Sequence record: NC_031039.1
Length of the DNA stretch: 64,000 nucleotides
Reading direction: 5' to 3' (one strand)
Position 1 is the stretch's first letter. Every line of letters begins with the position of its first letter. This document shows positions 35,037 to 43,013 of the stretch, one piece after another. The notes below the pieces were generated by a model that saw nothing but the letters and a program-made list of their open reading frames with translations, did no database searches and was not told where the DNA came from. The position numbers and the translations under genes are program-made.

Positions 35037-36734
35037 ATGGAAAACTTTTATTCTAAAAAAGAATTAGCAGAATTAACAGGAAAGGCAATTAAAACACTAG
35101 AAAGATTTATGACAAAAAATAATATAGAGTCATCATTTTCTAAGGGTGTTAAAAAGTATTATAATGAAGAAGTAAAAAATTTTTTAATTAATAATTTTAA
35201 AAAGAAATCATTTGAAGAAACTGTAAAAGAAATAAATGATCAATTATTTAAAATATGTGGTTACTATCCTTACATAATTAATTCTTTTAAGGATGGTAAA
35301 TACAATGTTACCTGTAATTTTTGTAAAGATACCTTTGATATTAAACGTTCAAATATGAAAAACGGCGCTATAAAAGAAGATGGACTCAGATATCATATGT
35401 GTAGAACATGTGGTCAAAAGAGATCAAATATAGCTAACACTAAAGATATTGAACACTTTGAAGAAAAAATAAAAGAAAAATATGGTTTCTTACCATATGA
35501 AATTTTAGAATTTACTAAATTATCTGGTAAATGTAAATTAAAATGTAAAAAATGCAATTATATTTTTACTGCAATTGCAGGTAATATATTAGTAACTAAG
35601 AATAAGGTATATTGTCCTTCCTGTAATAATAAGAAAAGAAGTAATAAAAATTATCAAGAAAGATTAAATGAAATATTTAACGGAAATCTTATAGCATTAG
35701 AAGAATATAAAGGTAGACGTGTTCCAATTATGCATAAATGTTTAATTTGTAATAATAAATGGAAGGCAGATCCTAACAATAGACTTAACGGTGAAGGATG
35801 TCCAAAATGCTCTAATATATTCACACAATCCAAAGGAGAAAAAGAAATTATAGATTTTATTTCAGAAAATTATAAAGGTGAAATAATTCTTAGAAATAGA
35901 ACAATATTAAATGGTAAAGAGTTAGATATTTATTTACCAGAATTGAAAATAGCCATTGAATATGACGGTTTATATTGGCACAATGAAAAACATAAAGGAA
36001 AGAATTATCATATCGATAAGACTAGAAAATGCAAGGAACATGGAGTAAGACTTATTCATGTATTTGAAGATGAATGGGTTAACAAAAATGAGTTAGTTAA
36101 ATTCAAACTTCTTCATATTCTTGGAATAAATAATCAAGAAAAAATATATGCAAGAAAATGTTATATTGAGGAAATTGATAGTTCTCTTAAAAATGAATTC
36201 TTAGAACGGAATCATATCCAAGGAAAAGATAATGCTAGTATTAAATTAGGATTATGGCTTCCAAAAGAAGATGGTGATGAATTAATTGCTATTATGACAT
36301 TTGTTAAAAGAAGATTAGCACTAGGTTCAAAACATAAAGGAGAATTTGATTATGAACTTAGTAGATTTGCAACTGATAGGGACTATCGTGCTATAGGTGC
36401 ATTTGGAAAGTTATTTAAATATTTTATTAAGAATTATGAATATGATAGCATTATAACATATGCTGATATTAGATGGTCTGAAGGAAATGTATATATTAAG
36501 AATGATTTTGAATATACTCATAATAGCCGACCAAATTACTGGTATGTGGATAGAAATGATGGTACTAAACGAATTCATAGATTTAATTTTAGAAAACAGG
36601 AACTCAAAAATAAATTTCCTGAGCTATATGATAATGGTTTAACAGAGTTTGAAATAATGGATAACACAAATTTCTATAGAATATGGGATTGTGGTAATAT
36701 GGTATTTAAGTATGAAAAAAAAAATAAAGGTTGA
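35037..36734 (+). CDS. Hef-like free-standing homing endonuclease (HTH + Zn ribbons + Vsr/PD-(D/E)xK + GNAT-like C-terminus)
   Basis: ELDIYLPELKIAIEYDGLYWH; three CxxC...CxxC units; YARKC, NHIQG, ELSRFA, ITYAD, RIWDCG. Confidence 0.75.
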   Translation: MENFYSKKELAELTGKAIKTLERFMTKNNIESSFSKGVKKYYNEEVKNFLINNFKKKSFEETVKEINDQLFKICGYYPYIINSFKDGKYNVTCNFCKDTFDIKRSNMKNGAIKEDGLRYHMCRTCGQKRSNIANTKDIEHFEEKIKEKYGFLPYEILEFTKLSGKCKLKCKKCNYIFTAIAGNILVTKNKVYCPSCNNKKRSNKNYQERLNEIFNGNLIALEEYKGRRVPIMHKCLICNNKWKADPNNRLNGEGCPKCSNIFTQSKGEKEIIDFISENYKGEIILRNRTILNGKELDIYLPELKIAIEYDGLYWHNEKHKGKNYHIDKTRKCKEHGVRLIHVFEDEWVNKNELVKFKLLHILGINNQEKIYARKCYIEEIDSSLKNEFLERNHIQGKDNASIKLGLWLPKEDGDELIAIMTFVKRRLALGSKHKGEFDYELSRFATDRDYRAIGAFGKLFKYFIKNYEYDSIITYADIRWSEGNVYIKNDFEYTHNSRPNYWYVDRNDGTKRIHRFNFRKQELKNKFPELYDNGLTEFEIMDNTNFYRIWDCGNMVFKYEKKNKG

Positions 36735-36752
36735 TTAATTTCAACCTTTATT
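36723..36752. terminator. Bidirectional terminator
   Basis: AATAAAGGTTGA / TCAACCTTTATT. Confidence 0.75.
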
Positions 36753-36758
36753 TTTTTT

Positions 36759-37013
36759 TTAGTCATACATTCCCTCATTAACAATCTCTAACATTTCATA
36801 TTTTGTAAGTGGTCTTCCTAACCCATTAATATTAGGTATTTTGTAATTCTTTTCCCAACCCTTAAATCTCGCTCTTATTCTAGCAATGAATTGTATTTTC
36901 TTTTTAGTCTTTTCTGAATTATCCTTAATCAACAATTCAGCAATCATGAAATCCATATCAATAATAGACTTTGAACGCAACAATTTTAATATGTCTAATG
37001 TCTTAGTTGTCAT
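36759..37013 (-). CDS. Hypothetical protein
   Basis: SD AGGAG. Confidence 0.7.
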   Translation of the reverse strand: MTTKTLDILKLLRSKSIIDMDFMIAELLIKDNSEKTKKKIQFIARIRARFKGWEKNYKIPNINGLGRPLTKYEMLEIVNEGMYD

Positions 37014-37025
37014 AATTTCTCCTAA

Positions 37026-37361
37026 TTAATTTAAGAATTTTATTTCTCTAATATAATCTTCCTCATCATAAGATACATTAATTTTGTCGCCCTTCTTGAG
37101 TGATTTAAAAACCTCTTCACTTCCTGCATATAATTCTCTATTATCTCCTGAATCAGATAAAATAATCTTAAATGTATCTCTTGAATTTTTTCCTTTTCTT
37201 TCTATTTTTACCTTATCAATTATTGTTGAATTATCTATAGTTGAATATTCTTTATATGTGTTAGTTGATGGTTTTTTATTATCTATCGTAGTATTGGTGT
37301 TTACTTGATTGCATCCTACTAATAAGGCTGATAATAATCCCACAATAACTAATTTTTTCAA
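37026..37361 (-). CDS. Lipoprotein
   Basis: MKKLVIVGLLSALLVG-C lipobox. Confidence 0.8.
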   Translation of the reverse strand: MKKLVIVGLLSALLVGCNQVNTNTTIDNKKPSTNTYKEYSTIDNSTIIDKVKIERKGKNSRDTFKIILSDSGDNRELYAGSEEVFKSLKKGDKINVSYDEEDYIREIKFLN

Positions 37362-37391
37362 AAGAATTACCTCACAATCATCAAGTATCTC

Positions 37392-37574
37392 TTATTTATT
37401 TTCTGACTTACTTAATTCATACATCTCATCAAGTAAGTTCATAGAATAATCAAACATTTCACTATATATACTATAGCTTATTTCCCCTGTTGAGTTTAAA
37501 CCATTTAGAAAATCAGCCATTTCAGCTTTTAGTTTTTCTTTTTTTGTTGCATTAGGTGATATCCCCCACGCCAT
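37392..37574 (-). CDS. Hypothetical protein
   Basis: SD GAGGTG. Confidence 0.7.
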   Translation of the reverse strand: MAWGISPNATKKEKLKAEMADFLNGLNSTGEISYSIYSEMFDYSMNLLDEMYELSKSENK

Positions 37575-37586
37575 TTATTTCACCTC

Positions 37587-37910
37587 TTAAATTTTATTTG
37601 GATTCCAATTCAAATAATTATCCTCTATAATTTCAACTTTATTTCTCTCGTAACTACGTATTAATTCTATTACTTTATGAATTAAATAATTATCATCTTT
37701 TAAATAATAGTCATTTGTGTTATAGTACCAAATGGTTTCTGTACTTGTTAATGCTTTATATTTTCTAAATATTTTACCTTTTACTTTTTCGTATATAGTG
37801 ATTTTCCATTTAAATTGTTCTCCTGATATCTTCCTAATTACATTAGCATAATAAGTACCTTTATCTGTTTTAATTTCCTTTAAATCCTTTTTATTAATCA
37901 ATTTTACCAT
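37587..37910 (-). CDS. Hypothetical protein
   Basis: 107 aa, overlaps the stop of the upstream gene. Confidence 0.7.
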   Translation of the reverse strand: MVKLINKKDLKEIKTDKGTYYANVIRKISGEQFKWKITIYEKVKGKIFRKYKALTSTETIWYYNTNDYYLKDDNYLIHKVIELIRSYERNKVEIIEDNYLNWNPNKI

Positions 37911-38235
37911 CCCACTTATTGTAATTTTCTTTTATTCTATTAATCTTAGCTTTACTTTTATCTTCTTTCAATATTGTTGATTCAATATATTCAATTTCAT
38001 CCTTTATAAATCTAACAAGCATATTATCTGATTCTAAACTTGGTGAGAACCAGTCTGTTTTAACTTCTTTAATATGCCTGAGAGTGTATCCAAACCACCA
38101 TCTTCTTTTATTTGCAGTATATAAATTGACTAACCATTTATGCTGAAGTTCATTAAATGGAGGAGAATATCTTGATGTTTTTGTTACTATAACACCATAT
38201 TTTCTTAGTCTTGATTCAACTATTTTAATATCCAT
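37894..38235 (-). CDS. Hypothetical protein
   Basis: SD AAAGGGG. Confidence 0.75.
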   Translation of the reverse strand: MDIKIVESRLRKYGVIVTKTSRYSPPFNELQHKWLVNLYTANKRRWWFGYTLRHIKEVKTDWFSPSLESDNMLVRFIKDEIEYIESTILKEDKSKAKINRIKENYNKWDGKID

Positions 38236-38249
38236 TTTTAATCCCCTTT

Positions 38250-38290
38250 AATAAATATAAAGGATAATAATATTATCCTTTATATTTATT
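38250..38290. terminator. Terminator hairpin after nvRNAP beta'-N
   Basis: AATAAATATAAAGGATAATA / TATTATCCTTTATATTTATT. Confidence 0.7.
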
Positions 38291-38300
38291 TTTCTTCTAT

Positions 38301-38462
38301 TTAATTATTTAGAATAAAGATTCCCAAAATTTGATCTTTCTGTAGATCAAAATCTCCATTAAACCGCCCGTTATTTCTGTCTACTAAGAAATTCTGTGGT
38401 GATAATAATGAGAAATGTTCTTTCATCTTATTATCAAATACTGGAATGATATTCAATACGTC
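38301..38462 (-). CDS. rpoC: nvRNAP beta' N-terminal subunit, exon 2 (DVLNIIPVFDNK...ILNN*, 53 aa)
   Basis: Follows the intron omega-G; supplies the last Asp of DYDGD; spliced protein is 373+53=426 aa. Confidence 0.9.
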   Translation of the reverse strand, partial: DVLNIIPVFDNKMKEHFSLLSPQNFLVDRNNGRFNGDFDLQKDQILGIFILNN

Positions 38463-39359
38463 CATTTAGTTTATATAAGAGCGCAACCTCTCATACCATT
38501 GGGCTAACATTTCTGTTAGAATCAGACTATATCTTAACTATTAATTCTATTACCAAATTAATAGTTCCTCCCTTTTCCATTTAAAGCTTTCGCTACCTCA
38601 TTAGCTTAGGCTGTACTCTACTCACTTCCAGATACCGTATTTCTCGAATATCCGTGTTTTCGATAGTCGTTGAACCTTACTATACATTGCTCCACTTAAA
38701 TGTATTTAAAACCATAGCCTTTATAGGAATTTCTTTGACCTCTAGCTACTCTTGCTATTGCATCTATTTTACAGTCAAATTCTTTAGCAACCTCTTTTAC
38801 ACTTTTATAGGTACTAATTATTTCCCCTGTAGTTAGATCTAACTTAGCTATAGGTTTATATTTTGCTTTAGTAGCATTATTGATATTTCCTAAACCAGTT
38901 TTTTGTCTGTGATTACAGTTTTCTTTTGTAGTAGACCATTCTAGATTAGATACACAATTATTAGTTTTTATACCATCTTTATGATTTACTTCTGGTTTAT
39001 TTTCTGAATTCTCAATAAATGCTTCTGCTACTAATCTGTGTATTTTTTTGTAATAACGTTTTTTATCCCTATATAATGTGACTACAAGATAACCTTTTCC
39101 ATTATTTGTGGAGGAAAGAATTTTTTCGTCTATTATTCGAATACTGTTTAGTTTTCCACTAACTTCTCGTTTAAGTGATTTCACTAAACCTGTATTACTT
39201 ATTTCATATAGACCTTCAAATCCTATTATTTCTTTCCATATTAGTTCCATTCTAATTAGCTTCTTTCAGAGCAATGTATAGTCTTGGCTGCTGGTTGGCA
39301 TATCTTAAATGACTTAGCTTCCCAGACAATTAAAGAGGTTTAAAGACGGCAATCGCCTT
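38463..39359 (-). mobile_element. Group IA self-splicing intron (897 nt)
   Basis: P1 GACGGT/GCCGTC with U.G at the 5' splice site; P TTGTCTGGGAAG, Q AACCAGCAGCCAAG, R GTTCAACGACTA, S AAGATATAGTCT; terminal G. Confidence 0.93.
38696..39250 (-). CDS. Intron-encoded NUMOD4-HNH homing endonuclease
   Basis: IWKEIIGFEGLYEISNTG (NUMOD4), HRLVAEAFI, VNHKDGIKTNNCVSNLEW (HNH), NUMOD1/IENR1-like tail. Confidence 0.93.
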   Translation of the reverse strand: MELIWKEIIGFEGLYEISNTGLVKSLKREVSGKLNSIRIIDEKILSSTNNGKGYLVVTLYRDKKRYYKKIHRLVAEAFIENSENKPEVNHKDGIKTNNCVSNLEWSTTKENCNHRQKTGLGNINNATKAKYKPIAKLDLTTGEIISTYKSVKEVAKEFDCKIDAIARVARGQRNSYKGYGFKYI

Positions 39360-40478
39360 ACCGTCATAGTCGCCTGATAATGCAGACAATAAGTTATTAC
39401 TAATTCCCAGTGTTAAGTCTTTATAATCTTTTTTAATAAGACCAATCTTTAGGTATAAAATACTACCAATACTAATAGTAGGGTTACGGTTAAGTAAAAA
39501 TGTACAACCACCTTTAGTTTTTGTAATTAGTTCTTCCATATAGTTATATAACTCTTGATTAAATCCTAGTATGCCTTTTTCCCAAAATTTTAGTGCTTCA
39601 TTATAATTTATACCTTTTACTTTACTGATAAGATTGATAAGCTGAAACTTATAAAGTTCTGCGAACGTTTTATAAGGCATAGCAACTTCATCAATAGGAT
39701 GACCAATTAATGGTGTAATAACATTTCTGGCACTAAAATTGATTCTAGAACCCATAATATTCTTTCTTAGAAATCCTTTTTTACCTCGAAGGTATTCACT
39801 AATAATTCTTGTTAGGATATTATTGGCATAGAATTGCATATTATAAAGTAATGGTAATAATAGTAAATCAATGCTGTCATCAGATACTACACCCTCATTA
39901 ATCTGGTTTATGTACTCAATAACAAAGTTGTAGTAATTATTAATCTCATCAAATGCCAATACTTTTCCTTTACTCCCAGTTAATAATGTAGCTGGTCTAA
40001 GCTTGTGTGAAAATACTGGTAGTTTATTAATAAAAATCTTATCATGATTTTCAATTAAGAAATCATATTCTTTTTGATATTTCTTTTTATCAGTGTATTT
40101 TTCAAGGAGATCATCAAAATTATCCTTAAACTTTACTAACCCGATATAATCATCTTCCCCAATTTCTTCTGTTAGATCAATATTCTCACCGTTTTGATCA
40201 ATAGACTGTTGGTAGTTAATAATTTTATTAATACTTGGAATACATTTTTTGATGATAGTAAATAAGATTGGGTTGATAATATAATAAGGTTCAATATTAA
40301 TCCATCCAATAGTATCTATATCCTTATCATCATCGTCTTCATTATAACTACCAAATATCCTTTCTGAGTAAATACCATCATCAGAGAATTCATGATTTTC
40401 AATTGGATTAGCTCTTGTAATTAAATTCTCCTCATTGTAAATCTCATTAAAATCGATTAAGGATAGTTTCTTCCCCAT
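39360..40478 (-). CDS. rpoC: nvRNAP beta' N-terminal subunit, exon 1 (AR9 gp270-type)
   Basis: DGIYSERIFG, KKGFLRKNIMGSRINFSARNVI, LLNRNPT, ALSGDYDG. Confidence 0.93.
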
Positions 40479-40645
40479 ATTCTGTTTTCCCCCTATTTTA
40501 TCTTTCTAATACACTTGAAAATTTTCTTTTTTGTAAATCTAAAATACACTATCTCTATTATAACTGTTTTCTATTCTCTGCGCAAGTAAAATTTTTTAAA
40601 TTTTGCCAACAATCTTCTCCCCTTTCTAAAACTATAATCATAAAA

Positions 40646-40658
40646 ATAATATATATTT
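40646..40658 (-). promoter_or_regulatory. Early promoter AAATATATATTAT
   Basis: Exact motif upstream of nvRNAP beta'-N. Confidence 0.85.
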
Positions 40659-40672
40659 AATTTTTATAATAG

Positions 40673-40707
40673 AATAAGCAAAGACTTTCTTATAGTCTTT
40701 GCTTATT
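40673..40707. terminator. Terminator at the end of the fibre operon
   Basis: AATAAGCAAAGACT / AGTCTTTGCTTATT. Confidence 0.75.
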
Positions 40708-41917
40708 TAAATAATTGCTTCGCTGTAGAATCATTTATAATCCCATCAGCTTTCATTCCCTTAGATGATTGAAATTTAATAACTGCTTGCATAGTAGTCT
40801 CATCAAACCATCCGGTAGGTTCTAATATATAGCCTAAGTCATTTAAACGTTGCTGTACTAAACGAACATCATCACCAAATAACATAGGAGTAGTATACAT
40901 AAGTGTCCTTTTTATAAAAGTAAAACTTGTGTCAGTAATTTGACTCCATGTAATTGGTCCAACTTTTCCATCTACAGTTAATGAATGTGATTCCTGAAAA
41001 TTTTTAACCGCAGATTCAGTACTACTATCATAAAAACCATTAGAATTACACTCATAACCTAAAAGTTGTAATCTATTCTGTAATCGCTTAATATCATTTC
41101 CATATAACTGATTATTGTTATCAAAGTATAATATTCTAGAAAAGGTCATTCTATTTTCAAAAAATTTTAATGATAATTTCTTTATAAGACTAAAAGTCTC
41201 GTCATTAACTATTCCATCTGGAATTAAATTATAGCTTTTTTGGAAATTAAGTACTGCTAACATGGTAGTATTGTCAAAATATCCATTAGTATCACAGTTG
41301 AATCCAAATAGATTTAACATTGTTTGTAATTCTGTTACATCATTACCAGTGATAGGCTTTTTTGAATCAAAGTATAGTGTTCTGTTACCAAATGCATATC
41401 TCAATAATCCATTAGGTGCTTTTCTTACAGGCTCAATTGACACATTAAGTACATTGGCTATAATCTCATTCAATGGAAAGAATATTCCTGGATTGCTTTT
41501 ATCAGTAAGAATCTCATCTAAAGCGTATATAGTTTTTAGAGTAGAATTATTATTTCTTAAGTATTGTATGAGTAAAACAATTGAATTCTTTTGTATAGTT
41601 GGCATTAATTCGGATGTATAATCACCTTCTACGCAAATTCCAATACTATTTCTATTGAAGTCCATTCCTGTTTGATCATCATGAGCAAATTCGCCAATTG
41701 TATCTAAAGATCTTCCTCTAAAAATAACACCTTCTTTTGAGATAAAAAAATGACCTCTAAACATAGTCTTTCCATTCTCATATTTATCTTCTCTATCTAA
41801 ATCATAAATGGAACAACCCGATCTTTCAGAACTAAAAAGAATGAGGAACAGTGGTCTGTTCCCCTTTCTTGGCTCTCCATTAGGAGTTAGATATGTCTCT
41901 ATGATATTTAATGACAT
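40703..41917 (-). CDS. Amidase_2-fold protein (Zn ligands absent) + three PG_binding_1 domains
   Basis: GHFFI..G.IFRGR, NRNSIGICVEGDY, NPG; three G.DV..LQ..L...G...DG repeats. Confidence 0.85.
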   Translation of the reverse strand: MSLNIIETYLTPNGEPRKGNRPLFLILFSSERSGCSIYDLDREDKYENGKTMFRGHFFISKEGVIFRGRSLDTIGEFAHDDQTGMDFNRNSIGICVEGDYTSELMPTIQKNSIVLLIQYLRNNNSTLKTIYALDEILTDKSNPGIFFPLNEIIANVLNVSIEPVRKAPNGLLRYAFGNRTLYFDSKKPITGNDVTELQTMLNLFGFNCDTNGYFDNTTMLAVLNFQKSYNLIPDGIVNDETFSLIKKLSLKFFENRMTFSRILYFDNNNQLYGNDIKRLQNRLQLLGYECNSNGFYDSSTESAVKNFQESHSLTVDGKVGPITWSQITDTSFTFIKRTLMYTTPMLFGDDVRLVQQRLNDLGYILEPTGWFDETTMQAVIKFQSSKGMKADGIINDSTAKQLFK

Positions 41918-41923
41918 ATTATC

Positions 41924-42466
41924 CTAACCTTCCTTTTTGTAGGTATTATAAAGAGATGTTATAATATTAAATTCATTATCAACATAAGCTAAATCACCTA
42001 TATCATCTATTGCTTTTTTAGCATCAACTTCATAATCATCCATCCAACCAACTTGAAGGTCATTGGCTTTTTCTAAATTAAGAATTATTTTCTTAATTCT
42101 TTCAATTTTCTTTGCAGTACCTTTATCTAGTTGGTCAAGATATTTTATTTTTAAAAGTATCTTTTTACCAAACTCATAGGTTTTATTTTGAGCCTCAACT
42201 GCATCCTCAAAATCCCCTTTTAAGAATGTTTCAATATCTTCTAATAAGTTAAGAATAACATCTGTTTGTTCATCAACATCATGTTTTAATTCATTAATAT
42301 CTTCAAGTTTGTCTTCTATTTCTTTAGTTTTACTAACAATTATACCATTCTTATTGGCAGATATATGACCATCAAATCGATTCATTATCAACTGTCCGGG
42401 CTGAGAGTCTTTTGCAAATTCTTCAGAAAGAGGTTGATATGCGAATCTTCCATTATAAGCCATCAA
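41924..42466 (-). CDS. Fibre-associated coiled-coil protein
   Basis: N-terminal GQ...DGH...SKTKE module plus heptads. Confidence 0.7.
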   Translation of the reverse strand: MMAYNGRFAYQPLSEEFAKDSQPGQLIMNRFDGHISANKNGIIVSKTKEIEDKLEDINELKHDVDEQTDVILNLLEDIETFLKGDFEDAVEAQNKTYEFGKKILLKIKYLDQLDKGTAKKIERIKKIILNLEKANDLQVGWMDDYEVDAKKAIDDIGDLAYVDNEFNIITSLYNTYKKEG

Positions 42467-42999
42467 TATCCACCTCCAATTTGATCTAAACCAGATTTGT
42501 TACTTATTTTTTGATTAGTTATATCATTAGCCAAGAATTTCATTTCATCTATAGTTGCTTTTAGTTTAAGAATATCTTTCAGATTATCAACTATAGGATC
42601 AAGAAAAGGACGAATTTCTTTATATTGAAAATCCTTCAATTCTTTACAAAAATTATCTATTAATGTCATTAAACTCTCAACATCTGCATCCAACTCTGTT
42701 AAACTGACATATAATTCTTCTGCCCTATCTCTAACTTTTTTAGTATCATCTTTTAATACATCTATAGAGTTTAGTAATCTTTCAATTTCTTCAGCTAATT
42801 CAATAAACTTTTTAACAAGCTTATTTTTATAACTGAGGAGGGCATTTGCCCTAGCCTCAAGTTCTTTTGTTTTACTTTTATACTTACCATTATGCTTAAT
42901 TGTTACATGCCCAGTCTTCTTATCAAGAATGATTTCTCCTTCTTTAGCATTAAACATATTTTTCTCAAGCAATGGTCTTATTACAATTCTCCAATCCAT
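42463..42999 (-). CDS. Fibre-associated coiled-coil protein (paralog of the previous gene)
   Basis: GEIILDKKTGH...SKTKE module plus heptads. Confidence 0.7.
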   Translation of the reverse strand: MDWRIVIRPLLEKNMFNAKEGEIILDKKTGHVTIKHNGKYKSKTKELEARANALLSYKNKLVKKFIELAEEIERLLNSIDVLKDDTKKVRDRAEELYVSLTELDADVESLMTLIDNFCKELKDFQYKEIRPFLDPIVDNLKDILKLKATIDEMKFLANDITNQKISNKSGLDQIGGGY

Positions 43000-43013
43000 T
43001 GATTATCACCCAA

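Noticed and set aside
35037-36734. Intron or intein around the Hef-like nuclease
   Set aside because: Upstream RNAP ORF ends normally; own promoter and terminator; no group I core elements seen
39330-39359. C-terminus KAIAVFKPL* of the 382-aa RNAP ORF
   Set aside because: Intron sequence (P1 guide); true C-terminus comes from exon 2
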